DNA of 63,800 nt, filler included, from Craspedostauros australis (taxonomy: Eukaryota), in NCBI GenBank assembly GCA_030167865.1. It is 5 parts of 5 records of this genome, joined end to end, with 100 filler letters (N's around TTAATTAATTAA, not from the genome) between each part and the next. Parts side by side here need not be neighbours in the genome. Positions count along the whole stretch, not along the records: positions 29,577 to 48,975 come from JALAGF010004971.1; 4 more parts are not named here. One strand, given 5' to 3'. The position numbers and the translations under genes were made by a program. Below the pieces are notes generated by a model, which saw nothing but the letters and a program-made list of their open reading frames with translations, was not told where the DNA came from and made no database searches. This document shows, piece after piece, positions 33,897 to 45,488 of the stretch. Positions within the stretch are counted from its first letter, which is position 1. Each line of letters opens with the position of its first letter.

Positions 33897-34727
33897 TCAC
33901 AAGGTCAATTCGTAGGCATTCTTCATGAACAGGACTTCGTGAACGAGCCAGCAGTCCTGTCGCGGTGGTCGGCGTGCCTGCTGCAGGGTCCAGAGGAAGC
34001 GTCGGCGGTTGGGATCGTCTTGCGGTGGGGCGATGGCATCTCCATTCTCGTGACGTTGCCGCTCCTCCTCGGCCAGCTGCTTGCGCATGGACAGCCGTCC
34101 GGGGCGCTTCTTCGCGTCCTTTTTCACCGCCGTCTGGAGGGCGTCGTTGACCGTGATTCCCTTGTTGATCTCCACCAGGACGGTCTGCATGGCGCCACGG
34201 TGCTTGCCGCCCGCGATGAGCGGTCCCACGCTGATGATCTGGAAGGAGTCGCAATGCACCATGGTACCGAAGACGGGGTTGTTGGCGTAGTCGATGAAGG
34301 CATCCAGGGACCCACCGACGGCAGCGCGGCATTGGTCCGAGGCGAAGTCGAAGCAGACCTCCAGCGACTTCTGCGGAGTCTCGGCATGCAGGGAGTCCAT
34401 GCAGTGCGTGACGATGGAGAGCGCGTTGAGGTCCGGATGCGGCCGCGTGATGTCCGTGATGAGCTCTCCTTCAGCCGGGTTGATGATGTCCGGCGATGGC
34501 TTCGAGTCTTCCGGCGATTGGAAGAAGAGCGCGCTCGTGGGCCGTCTCGCGGATGCAGCCGCGATCGATGATGGCATCACCAATGACGATGAATGCATCT
34601 TCTCTGCACCCTTGTGGTGATGCACGGGCGTGAATGCCATGGCGGCATTGTCGGACATCCATGATGGTGACACGGTCATCAGAGAGAGGGCGGCCACGAG
34701 GTGGGCGGATGCGATCTTGAATGTCAT
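33897..34727 (-). CDS. Plastid-targeted conserved algal protein (NTF2/DUF4864-like)
   Basis: Signal peptide + AMA|FTP motif; CFDFASDQCRAAVGGSLDAF, RRFLWTLQQARRPPRQDCWLVHEV. Strong codon bias. Confidence 0.75.
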   Translation of the reverse strand: MTFKIASAHLVAALSLMTVSPSWMSDNAAMAFTPVHHHKGAEKMHSSSLVMPSSIAAASARRPTSALFFQSPEDSKPSPDIINPAEGELITDITRPHPDLNALSIVTHCMDSLHAETPQKSLEVCFDFASDQCRAAVGGSLDAFIDYANNPVFGTMVHCDSFQIISVGPLIAGGKHRGAMQTVLVEINKGITVNDALQTAVKKDAKKRPGRLSMRKQLAEEERQRHENGDAIAPPQDDPNRRRFLWTLQQARRPPRQDCWLVHEVLFMKNAYELTL

Positions 34728-35671
34728 GCTGTGGCTGTGGCTGTGATTGTGATTGTGATTGTGGCTGTCTGTGGGATGTGGATACTTGAAGGCTGCGATA
34801 CTTGAAGATTGCGGGTACTTGAAGGCTTTGGATCTGATTGTGAAGTTGGATAGTCTGCGAAGTTATGGCAGCATGGGATGATGTGACACCAAACAGCGGC
34901 AGAACAAAAGGGGTTGATGACACCCAGCCCCACCACCACGACGGAACAGCTGAATGTGATGGAAACCACCGTCGTTGATCGATTGGCGGTGAGCGGAGAC
35001 ATCAACCCGCAAATCTGGTGTCATTTTCGCCTTTCGCCTTTGTGTTGTTCTCTTTTTCCAAGAGAAGGACGCCTTGTCTTTGCTGACGTGGACAACATTG
35101 ACACCCAAAACTTGTTCTCGGGAACATGACGCAATCGAGAATTCGAACAAAGAACTTTGCGTCATACGTTCGGATGGGTCGTATTTCGTTGCATTTGTCT
35201 CATCCGACCCAAGTTTCTTGGACCAGACTGGCAGGCGCGAGGAGTTCGTATCGATTAGTACGACTGTTTAGAAATGCGTCCGGCCATCGCCAAGCATCGA
35301 GTCAGCCATGCCAACGGCTCTTCTTGGGCTTTGGTGCCGGCAGACCAAGGCGGAAGATGTGTACGAGTTGTAAGGATTGGGGTTTGCGCTGTTTTTTGCT
35401 GGCTTGGTGCTGCTTCGTGCTGTTGCTGTCGTGGTCAACGGATCTCTTTCGTCGTGCGTGTTGTTGTTGTTGTGTGCTGCGCTGTTGGGTGGAGACGAAG
35501 ACGATGGGACGAAGGGAAATTGCGGTCTTCTTGGTTTCTCCAATCCGAAAACACCAAACAGCAACTCCTCCATCAACCAGCCTCCGCGATCATCCAACAC
35601 CACCATCTTGACAAACGCAACACGCACATCAAGCACCTTGTATCAACAACACAGCAACGAACGAAATCAAG

Positions 35672-36557
35672 ATGAAGACCGGAACTGGAATCCAAGAGCT
35701 CATGGCCGCCGAGACGCGCGCCTCCCAGATCGTGGCTGAGGCTCGCATGGGTAGGTCTCCCTTGTGAATGATCCCATCGTTTGGCTTTGACGAGGACGAC
35801 AATGACAATGACGACGGGCTGTTGCCATCGTCCGTTTGGAGTCGGAGGGTGGAGAAGAAGCGGCGTTGGTTGGAGCGTGTGACAGGCGACGAGATGAAGA
35901 TGGTGGACATCCGTACTCGTGCAGCGGCAATGCGATGACCATGCGAACGCGACACAAGCGCCCGCTGCATTTGTCATTGGCGACGGCGTTGGGTCGTTTT
36001 GAGAGAATGCGCTTACAGCTCGTGCGTTGTGAGCAACCTCTCTGGACAATGCGCAACGCAGCACAACTAACTCACCTCTCTCCCTATCTCTCTGATTGTA
36101 TTGCGACTATTGCTCATCCAATAATCTCGGATTCATCTCGCGGTTTTGCCACGGTTCGTCATACGCGTACGAATGCTGTTGCTTTCAATGTCGGGTGGGT
36201 CATTATGGATGTTGGATGGATGGACGAATGAATGAATGAATGACTGGACGAACAACAGGACGTGGAGACCGCATGAAGCAGGCTAAGGTGGAGGCACAGG
36301 ACCTCATCGATGGATACAGAGCCGAGAAGCAGGAGGAATTCAACAACATGGTCCTGAGCAAGGGAGGAAGCGAGGGCAACGCCTCCGCCAAGCTCCAGGC
36401 AGAGACCAACAAGGACATCCAGGAAATGCAGTCGCTGTTCCAGAAGAACGCGCAGAAGGCCGTCGATGTTCTGCTGAGCAAGTGCTGCGAGGTGTCGTTG
36501 GAGGTCCCATCCGCCCGTATCCGTGCCACCCAGAAGGCCGCCGGCATCACTGCTTAA
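35672..36557 (+). CDS. VMA10: V-type H+-ATPase subunit G (2 exons, 125 aa)
   Basis: Exon1 35672-35750 (MKTGTGIQELMAAETRASQIVAEARM), intron 35751-36258 (GTAGGT...CAG), exon2 36259-36557 (RGDRMKQAKVEAQ...). Confidence 0.93.
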
Positions 36558-37209
36558 ATTAGGCCGCGATTTCACGCACGCAGATTCATGCAACGCGTGA
36601 TGCAGCCCATCAAGCACTCACCAAACAAACCAAAACAAAATGTGATCATTGTTGGATCCAGAAAACGATGTAACAGTAAATAGAACCGACGCATCCGAAA
36701 GAAACAAGAGATGAACAAAACAAGGCTGGAACGTGGCTGGAGTGGAGTGTGCATAATATTTGGGCTGTGGAAAGAAGACAGAATCGTCTGCCAGTTGCTT
36801 GACTGTTTGCTGCACTCAACTGTGGAGGAACCATGTGGTGTCGACTAAAGCATAGTAGAGTGCTTGCGCTGACCTCGTTCAAACTGCCATCTTCGATACA
36901 AGGTTGGAACGTTGTCGACATACGAGCAGTTTGGACTCTCCACTTTGTCTACGCTTGATGTCATAGCTTGCGCCGCCTCTCTTGGCATCAGTTTTTGTTG
37001 GAGTCAAGTTTCAGAATCGCTGTTGGTTTGTTGCACGCAAACTCCCCAACACACAACAAGCACGCACACAGAAGAGAGAAGGAGCAAGCGACACAACAAA
37101 CCAATTCTCCCTCCTCACAAAATCACATCACCATCAAGCAAAAAGCCAACCAAATAACCACCACAGAACCACACGACATCCTAACAAGCAACAACAACCA
37201 ACAAACACG

Positions 37210-37659
37210 ATGACAACCTCCAGCAACAATAACTTCACTCTCCTTTTCGCATCCATCCAAAACGCCAAGCTCGCCTCAAACGCAATCCAGGCACACACCC
37301 AATCCGCTCTCAAAACGCAAGATGATCTGAAGAACAAGATTGAAGCGATGCAACAGGAATACAACATGCTCAACGACGAAGTGGAGATACTGGAGATGCA
37401 GAAACAGCATCTCATCAAGGCAAAGGAGCAGACAGCCATCACCAAGGATGTCAATGACTTCGCATTCCCAGTCAGCGACAACGACGACAATTCCAGCTGT
37501 GTCTCTCACGCGACGCCAGTGTCGGCAAAGCGCACGCCAAACAAGAAGACAACGCCAGCACGCAAGTCCATCTCGTCCAAGCGAAGACAACCAACCTCAC
37601 CCAAGAAGTGGCGTCGCATGATCCGATCGCAGAGACTGCAATCCATCTTTTACGCATGA
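37210..37659 (+). CDS. Small hypothetical coiled-coil protein with basic Ser/Thr-Pro C-terminus
   Basis: 149-aa ORF downstream of a CA-rich 5' leader typical of the other genes here; heptad pattern LKNKIEAMQQEYNMLNDEVEILEMQKQHL; TP/SP-basic motifs. Confidence 0.55.
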   Translation: MTTSSNNNFTLLFASIQNAKLASNAIQAHTQSALKTQDDLKNKIEAMQQEYNMLNDEVEILEMQKQHLIKAKEQTAITKDVNDFAFPVSDNDDNSSCVSHATPVSAKRTPNKKTTPARKSISSKRRQPTSPKKWRRMIRSQRLQSIFYA

Positions 37660-38697
37660 AGCAACGGCGGAGAAGTGCGGAGCAACGCAACGAACGCAAC
37701 ATCATGCGGAGTTAGCATGTAACATTTTATATAAGACAACAATTCCATCACGAAACTGAGCACAATTCATCTCTTTTTGTCCTCGTGGACAGTTGGCGTA
37801 TGTGATTTGCAACAGTAGGTCGTAAAGCAGAGGTTGTCTGGTTGCTGTTTGACGACGCCGTGCGCGAGAGAGTGTGTGCTTCCACCATTGTGTTCGTGTC
37901 CCCACAGCGCGATCGACCACTTCGACCACAATGAAAAGAGTCATTCGCGATGACACGCACAGACACGATTGGAACACTTTTCACACCATTCTCCCAGTTT
38001 TGCGTCTTTTGTTCCTGCCATCAACCGCGGTTGGCATGGCCTTCTTTTGAAGTGATCGTTGGTGTTCATCATCGTGGATGTGTCTTCACGAACAATTGCT
38101 TGGTTGGTCATGTTCCATGCTGTCCACATGCCTCCAACCGAGTCCTCGCCCAAATCCACGTCCACGTCCATCGCCCATCGTCCATTCGCTGTTTTGATTC
38201 CATCCAGCGAAGCTCATCTGCTCTCCATCGAAGGAGAGAGGGAGAGCGAGACAGGAGACATCGAAGCAAGTCCCGAAGGCCATCAACGGTGTCACTGCCA
38301 TAGGTCGTACTGGTACTAGTACTAGTACTGGTACCAGTACTGTACTCGCAGCTCGGAGCTCGAAGGAGGAGGTCGCACCACACATCAGGAGAGGCAGTGC
38401 CACGTCTTGACCACGTCGATGCCTCCAGGGTGTCAAGGTGTCATTACTGCTCTGTGACGACTTCATCACCCTTCGTTGCATCCTGGTGGTTGCCGATAGG
38501 TGATTGACAACAGGAGACCGAAGGCAATCACGCAAGCGGAGCTATTGCGCAGACACGAATAGCAGTAGTACCATAGTAGTGCACACTCCCCGCACTCTCC
38601 GGAGAGCAGAGGAGGACACTTCACCATCCTTCCCGCTTGGCATTCTGCATCTCCATCTTCGGCAATACGTCGATCATCGGCAGCAGCGGCAACAAGG

Positions 38698-40482
38698 ATG
38701 AACGGACAGAGCGGGGGCCGTGGGCGATCCCAGATCACAGCGAGCACCAGTGCAAGTATGATCACCAGTGCAAGTACGAGCACCGGCATGAGCAGCAACA
38801 GTGCGAGCACCCATCATCATGGATCAAAGAACAAGAGCAAGCCAAAGTCGTTGTCGGAATCTGCAAAGCACATCCTCCGAACAATGCTGTCGCCACGTTC
38901 GAAAGACCATCCGCACGAAACCTCCGCGAAAGGAAACGGTGCCCATGACACCCATCACGCATCTGCTTCTTCGGCTGCCTCGGCCATCAAGCGAAGACGG
39001 CAACATTCCAAGCACCATCCTGGTCAGTACTTGCATCTGCATCACGAGCAGCAGCACACCCCCACTGTCATCAAAACGCGCATTCTGATCGACGCCACCA
39101 GCAACCATGCGACGAATCAATCGCTACCAACCGCACCGCAATTCCTGTCACTGCCCTCCTCGCGAAGAAGATCTCGCAGCAGCGACGAAGTTCGCATGCC
39201 CATCGATGCCTTCTTGGTACAGCAGCATGCGGACCTGGTCAATGCGTCGTCCAAGCGCCTCGCGCTGTCGCCTGGCAGAGACTTTGAACAGTCCGAAACG
39301 GATCGAGTCATTTACGCCAATCAGCGCGAGCTCGTGCATGCCACTCACCACCAAACGGAATGGATCGTCACGCACAAGGCCACCACATGTCACATGCTGG
39401 CCATGCGATCTTATCTGCCTCGCGCAACGTCCACTCAACCACATTCCGTGGAATCCATGTCGGTGACAGGCACAGGGACATCGTGCAGTCTACCTTCTAC
39501 CGCAGCAACATTAGCATCAACGGCAACAACGCCAAAGCCAATATCAGCATCAGCATCGACTTCCACATCACCAACAGCATCTGCGTCCTCCTCGATCAAA
39601 TCGATCGACGACGACGTGCAGCTAGAATCACCAACAGTGTCTCCATACCCACCTCCTCTCTCCACGCTGTCTCATGTGGATTCGCCAAAGTACAAGGACT
39701 GCGTGGTAGGCATCGTCGATCACCATCTCCGGTACTACCGAAGAGAACTGCAGACCAACAACCTGCCCATGGTGCACATGGAGCTGCACGTCGTCGGCGG
39801 ATTCGATGATCCAAAACAAAAATCCAGACCGCTGTCAGCCTGGTTGCTCAATCTCCTCGCGGCATTGGCGGATCGGCACAGGAATGCCATCACCTTCTCG
39901 CTCGTCAATTGTCTAATTTCCAGCTCCAACACGGAATGCTCCAGCAAGGGCCCGCTCGTGCGTGGACTGGCCATCAACACACATAACGGCACCGTCCTTC
40001 GCGTCCGCAAGGTCGCGGAATTGTTGATGGGACCGCAGCACACGATGCGGCAAGCGCGGTTGTGGGCCGCGCCGTCTGCTCGCAAGAATCCCATTGCCCG
40101 CCATGGACAGGATCCCACGCAGGTGCTCGCCGTCACGCACGATGAGATGAATCATGCATCGACGCAGCGCAGCAGCGAAACAGCAACAACCAGCGTCCTC
40201 AAATTCATCCCCTTTTGGTATTGCCTCGATTCCGATCTGGATTGGTTGCTCGATGTGGAGTCGGACGAGCAGCTCATCCAACACACGTCGACGTCACCGT
40301 ATCATGAAGAGAACGTGACGGAGTTCTGCCGCGGCGTGCGGCGCACTTTGATGTGGATGGGCATGACGCGGCCCGTGGAGATTTTCGGACCCCGATTGTC
40401 GCAACCGTTGTACTTTCAACGCGTCGCGAATTCGAATCGGTGGCGACTGGTGGTGAGGGAGAGCGCGGTGGCGGATAAGTGA
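38698..40482 (+). CDS. NTAN1: Protein N-terminal asparagine amidohydrolase
   Basis: VIYANQRE, ATTCHML, LSHVD, ELHVVGGFDD, STSPYHE motifs, with long Ser/Thr-rich extensions. Confidence 0.85.
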   Translation: MNGQSGGRGRSQITASTSASMITSASTSTGMSSNSASTHHHGSKNKSKPKSLSESAKHILRTMLSPRSKDHPHETSAKGNGAHDTHHASASSAASAIKRRRQHSKHHPGQYLHLHHEQQHTPTVIKTRILIDATSNHATNQSLPTAPQFLSLPSSRRRSRSSDEVRMPIDAFLVQQHADLVNASSKRLALSPGRDFEQSETDRVIYANQRELVHATHHQTEWIVTHKATTCHMLAMRSYLPRATSTQPHSVESMSVTGTGTSCSLPSTAATLASTATTPKPISASASTSTSPTASASSSIKSIDDDVQLESPTVSPYPPPLSTLSHVDSPKYKDCVVGIVDHHLRYYRRELQTNNLPMVHMELHVVGGFDDPKQKSRPLSAWLLNLLAALADRHRNAITFSLVNCLISSSNTECSSKGPLVRGLAINTHNGTVLRVRKVAELLMGPQHTMRQARLWAAPSARKNPIARHGQDPTQVLAVTHDEMNHASTQRSSETATTSVLKFIPFWYCLDSDLDWLLDVESDEQLIQHTSTSPYHEENVTEFCRGVRRTLMWMGMTRPVEIFGPRLSQPLYFQRVANSNRWRLVVRESAVADK

Positions 40483-40712
40483 CGAGGCATCGTGTGATAT
40501 CACCACCACTACAACTACGCCTACAAGCTCAATAGAATTCAAGTTCGGCCCATACATAGTCGTCATATCGCAATGTGTTCAGAACACTTGCATTACATTG
40601 TACCTACTTCGTATTTACAGTTCTACATTCATCCCCCTTTGTCACAATACCACGTGATGCCATGCCCTGCCATTTTCATTGCTGCTGCATCACCTTGCAC
40701 TTTCCGCAGCAC

Positions 40713-42737
40713 TCAATTGCTCGCGATCTTCTTCGCGAGATGCCGTCGCGTGCGGAATGCATTGCTGACCTTCAACCGCGCCTCCTCGTCACTGGCCTCT
40801 TCCCAAGGTTTGCCCTGCTTGCCTTGCTTGAGGAATCGTCCGTTCGACGTCTTGACGATGCGCACAACCTCGGCCGAGATGGCCTTCTTCTCGTCGTTGC
40901 GCGCCGAATCGTAGGCAAAGCGATGCTCGTCGAGGATGGAGAGGAACTTGATGTTGCCTGGGTGGCTCTGGATGGGGCGGCCGCGTCCGAAGAGCACGTC
41001 GGTGGGGTTGACCTCGCGCACGAGATCGGATGTTTTGATGAGTTTCGGTTTGGATTTGCCATTCGCTTTTGAACCATTGCTTGGTTTGGTATTTTTGGCA
41101 TCCGATGTGGTTGTCGTTACCGCGTTGGATTGGGCATTTTGTTGGATCGGAAGCATGGTGGCATTTCCATTCATCGCGTTTGGGATTGCGCCGGGATCGT
41201 TCGCGACCATGAACGCGGATGGCATGATGTTCATCGCGTTCATGTGACCGTTGCAATTCTCATCAACCGGCACAGGCGCAACGAGCTCCGCGATGTCCTT
41301 GTCAAATTCGTCGTCTTCGTTGACAGCAGCATGATGGTCCTCGCTGTCATCGAATGGATCATCCGCGTATTCCTCCTCGATGGTGAAATGATCCAACACC
41401 AGCCTCTCCATCTGCCTCGCAAACATTTCTTGCTTGAGATTGCCCTCCGCATCCATGGGAAGTATCGATGCCGGGATGCCAAATTGCATGAGCGCATACT
41501 GGCACTCCGTATGCGATCCTGTGACGCAGTTGGCAAGTCGTATCGACGAGATTTGAACATTACAAAGATGAGAGGGGAGAGTGAGAAAGCAGAACATAGA
41601 CTGGCTCGTACAATACACAACAGCAGTGATACATTGCACAAACTCCAACCAACAACATACGAATACGAGTATGCACGTACCATAATGCGTGCGATACCGC
41701 ACCATGATATCCTTGTGAAACTTCTTTTGAATGCCCGACAGATAGGGTGTGAGGGCGGGATCGCTGTAACACGTGTGCAAGGCGGTGAGCCGGAATGGCA
41801 GACACGAGACGAGCTGCACGACGCGCCGCCGATGCTCCATATCAAAATGCTGCAGGGCGTGTGGACCGACGTTGTAGGCGATGACGACGATGCCCTTCTT
41901 CTGCGTCGTCTCGTCGCCCAGGATGGTGTTCATGTCCATGTACCAGAAGGCGCGCACCGATTTGTGGGGCGATTCGTACTTGACGCTGCGCATGAGGTTG
42001 AAGAGGATGGTGCGCCCCGCGCGGTCCTTGCAGTTGCGGAAGAAGTAGAAGCCGCCGCTGTAGAGCGTGCGCTTGTCCTCCTCGTCGAGATCGTCGAGCG
42101 TGATGTCCTGCACGAGCTTGGCGCTGCCGAAGTACTCCTTCTTCATGCGGAAATGCAGCGTGATGCGCTGGGCGGCGTCGCTGGCGTCGAAGCGGCAGGC
42201 CCTGAGGAAGGCCAGGCGCAGCCTGCGGTTGTTGCAGTACTGCGGCGACATGGCGTAGGCCTCGAGGTACTCGAGCTTGCCCTCGTCGGGGATGTGGTGG
42301 TCGATCTGGATCTGCAGCTCGTGGAGCTTGGATGCGACGAACTGCGGTGGTTCATCGTCCTCGCCGGACACGCCGTGCACGTCGGAGTAGGCATTCTCGC
42401 GCTCCTGGAAGGTGAGCTTGTTGAGCTCCTCCACGATGAGCTTCTGGCCTTCGGTGATGTCCTCGCTGATGACCTTGGTGGTGGCCGGGGGAGCCGCGAA
42501 GGCCGACAGGCATCCGGCGGAGTCCCTGCCTCCGCTGCCGCGCCGCTTCTGCTGTCTCTGGCAAAAGAAGGAACCGAAACTGGCATCGTCGTCCGTGTAA
42601 TCGCTGGCGGATGATCCCGAGGAGAAGTAGCCGTCGTCGCCTCTGTAGTAGTTGCTGAGCTCCTGATGGTGTCGCTTGTGGATGAACTGGGGGTTGTGCG
42701 GAGCCTGCGCAGTTGTCATTCCGTTCGTTCCCATCAT
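40713..42737 (-). CDS. CRAL-TRIO (Sec14/alpha-TTP-like) + C-terminal DUF6824 protein (2 exons)
   Basis: LAFLRACRFD, KDRAGRTILF, ETTQKKGIVVI, LPFRLTALH (CRAL-TRIO); DVLFGRGR...HPGNIKF...GRFLK...ARLKVSNAFR (DUF6824). Exon1 42737-41681, intron 41680-41519, exon2 41518-40713. Confidence 0.85.
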   Translation of the reverse strand: MMGTNGMTTAQAPHNPQFIHKRHHQELSNYYRGDDGYFSSGSSASDYTDDDASFGSFFCQRQQKRRGSGGRDSAGCLSAFAAPPATTKVISEDITEGQKLIVEELNKLTFQERENAYSDVHGVSGEDDEPPQFVASKLHELQIQIDHHIPDEGKLEYLEAYAMSPQYCNNRRLRLAFLRACRFDASDAAQRITLHFRMKKEYFGSAKLVQDITLDDLDEEDKRTLYSGGFYFFRNCKDRAGRTILFNLMRSVKYESPHKSVRAFWYMDMNTILGDETTQKKGIVVIAYNVGPHALQHFDMEHRRRVVQLVSCLPFRLTALHTCYSDPALTPYLSGIQKKFHKDIMVRYRTHYGTCILVFVCCWLEFVQCITAVVYCTSQSMFCFLTLPSHLCNVQISSIRLANCVTGSHTECQYALMQFGIPASILPMDAEGNLKQEMFARQMERLVLDHFTIEEEYADDPFDDSEDHHAAVNEDDEFDKDIAELVAPVPVDENCNGHMNAMNIMPSAFMVANDPGAIPNAMNGNATMLPIQQNAQSNAVTTTTSDAKNTKPSNGSKANGKSKPKLIKTSDLVREVNPTDVLFGRGRPIQSHPGNIKFLSILDEHRFAYDSARNDEKKAISAEVVRIVKTSNGRFLKQGKQGKPWEEASDEEARLKVSNAFRTRRHLAKKIASN

Positions 42738-42780
42738 GGTGGTATTCCGTGTATACAATCTATTGTATAGATCGTTATAT

Positions 42781-42822
42781 AATGCTTCTGACAATGCTTC
42801 TGACAATGCTTCTGACAATGCT
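42781..42822. repeat. 12-bp tandem repeat (AATGCTTCTGAC)x3.5
   Basis: Directly visible, about 45 bp upstream of the CRAL-TRIO/DUF6824 start codon. Confidence 0.9.
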
Positions 42823-43668
42823 ATTGATGGTGGTAGACACCCAGCGTTGATGTCAGTCGATGTCAGTAGATGCCAGTGCGATTGCCCAGCCGCTAGACTC
42901 ACCGAGATGCGACGATGGGTTGCTTGGGTGCAAAGTCACTCGCGAGGGATTCTGGCTGCGGATTATCAGAGTATGGGGGCGGTTTGGAGGCTGTGTCGAA
43001 CAGGCTGAATACGGTCGGAAGTATTATACGACTACAAGTGCGAGTATGAGCGTGGGAATGAGTACTGATGCTCGTATCGGTAGATCGCAGTCTGCTGTGT
43101 CCATGCGAACACCCTCAAGGTCACAAGGGTGCACTTGCACTCGCCCAGTACGATCTATGAACGGGTATGTGGAGTATAGTTCTCTGTTTTGGTATTGCCA
43201 GGTTGTTGTTGATGTGTCGATGTGTCGATGTGTCGATGTGCTGATCCGATGGGAAGCAAGGGTGCACACTTGCGCAGTCCTCGGTTGGCGATGATGTGAA
43301 TGTCTGGGTCTGACGAAATGCCAGCGAACTCTGCGGTGGAGGTGTTCTCGATCGTTGCTTGGCAGCCAACCAACCCCTTGGGGAGAGCCCTCTTCCGCTG
43401 TTTGCGCCGTTCACGTTCTTGGTGTCGCTGTTGTTGCGAAGCGTACCAGGCGAAGTTGGAGCTGGCATCCACGCAGAAGTGTCGAATTGTTGTGTTCGAT
43501 TGGATTCTTCGTAATCTTCGGCAGACATTCAATATAGATGCATATAGAACTACATTCAGTCACGATATCAACGTGGTGTCTTCGTTGCACATTTTCACAA
43601 GACTCAATTTATATTGCCGTCTAATTTATTTTACCGCAGTTTAACCGGACTAATTGTTTGGCCTCAAC

Positions 43669-45191
43669 TCAGTCTTTCTTTCCGACCTGAATCACCACTT
43701 TTCCTTTGGCGTGTCGACTTGCTTGTCGTTCGAAGGCAGCTCTCACGCCTTGCGTGGTGAATGGAAACGGCCCTTTCGTGTCCATCACGGCCTGCAGCTT
43801 GCCCTCGCTGGCCAGACCCAATGTTCTGCGACGGAATGAAATACAATAGAATAGAATAGAATGTATGGGATAGTACAGTAGATCGTACGTATGATAGTAC
43901 GCATATGTCCGAGTGTGTTGTTGTCGATCACACGTGTATTGAATTTCAATACGATTTCATGCGATGTTGTGTGATGCAATGCAATTTGATGGCAGAGTCA
44001 GACATGGATTGAGCGCACAATGGGAATGGCGTATCATGAGTGAAGCTGCAGAGGTGGAGCGAAGATCGTGCTGTTCGGCGGCGCTTTCAACCGGCTTCGA
44101 TTGTGATGCTCTCTCTCTCTCTCTCTTCAAGGAGAGAATCAGACAGCCTGCGCTTGGATGGCTCCAATCGACAATGCACATGCCATGCAATGCAACGGAA
44201 ATGCAACATCGTTAAATGTCACCAATCGCACTTACTTTGTCATCACGTCTCGAGTGCTGGTCAAACCCATGACGTAGGTGTACTTCGGCAGCGTCCTGGT
44301 CGTCCAAACACGAGATTTGAAGGCCCTCCACAAAGGCGGAAACAGGAAGATGCTCAGGATGCTCCACAAGGAGTGCGCCTCGAAGATTGGCTCGTCGGGA
44401 CACATCGTGAGGTACCGCCCGCCATCCACGGCGGGTTTCACGATCGTCGATGCCCCGCTCCTCTGCAGCTTGAGCCATCCGCCGCAGGCCAGATCGACGA
44501 CGGTGTCGAACGGGTTCTTCTGAAACTCGGGTAATGTCCACACGTCGTGCTGCGTGTAATCGATCGCCTTGTCGCATGCGATCGGTGCCTTCAGCAGACG
44601 TTCCGGATCTTCCGAGACGCCCACGATGTAGGCGGCGCCGTTGCGACGTGCGAGTTGACAGAAGTGACTGCCTTGTCCGCCGTTGGCACCCAGCACGAGG
44701 ACGCGCTTGCCCGTGCAGCGATCGGCCAACACGGTGGCGGGCGATGCGCTGGCCAATGTCGCGGCCTCGTCTGGTGACATCGACGGTTGACCCACCTTGT
44801 CGCAGACGTTCATGCTGATCACGGCGTATTCGGCCAAGGCGCCGCGCGGCACGGCATCGAAGCGCGCCGCGACGTAATCTCCGACTTGGAAGTATCCGTC
44901 GTCGTAGTCTTCGGGCAGTTCCACGATGATGCCGCTGCAATCGCCGGCAGGGATGTAGGGGAAGGACGGCGGGCCTTGGAACTCCCTCGTCTTGCCCGAC
45001 ATGACGCGGCAGTCGCCGGGGGCCAGAGCGACCGACAAGGTGCGGATGATCATGCGCGATCGGCGTTGCTTGGGATTGGGCACGGCCTCCTTGAGGGAGA
45101 GGAGAGGCACGTTGTCTTGCACCGTCAGGACATCATTCGGGTCGCCGTATCCGCTGCCTTGCGCTGCTTTCATGGTGGATGGTAGCATCAT
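43669..45191 (-). CDS. Zinc-independent medium-chain dehydrogenase/quinone oxidoreductase-like protein (2 exons, 370 aa)
   Basis: Exon1 45191-44236 (FPYIPAGDCSG, GALAEY, VLVLGANGGQG, IDY), intron 44235-43826 (GTAAGT...CAG), exon2 43825-43669 (GLASEGKLQAVMD...RHAKGKVVI), which restores the canonical GKVV C-terminus missed by the ORF track. Confidence 0.9.
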
Positions 45192-45488
45192 TTCGGACTT
45201 TGCAGGGGTGTCTGTGGTTGTCTTCGTTCTAATTTATGGTGATTCTTGTCGTTGCTGTCATTGTGTTGTGATGGGTGCGAGAGTCTCTCCTTGTGGGTTC
45301 CCATCCACGCGGTTGCATGTGGTGTCCTTGTTGTAGAACATTGCGGAAAAGATACTTTTGTTGTGCCACGAATCAGACTGTTCCCATGACACGAATTGGA
45401 ACCTTCACGAAGCATCCAGTCGCAACAGTAACACCACAATCGATGCGTGGAAACGCATCGCAACATGGGCGTGTTTGGAGATGTCTAA

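Noticed and set aside
38305..38345. GTACTA/GTACTG hexamer palindromic run, and other short tandems (13560-13585, 23770-23798, 24886-24935, 43211-43240, 55354-55381), as CRISPR-like or regulatory arrays
   Set aside because: Simple slippage repeats without unique spacers; common throughout this genome's non-coding DNA.
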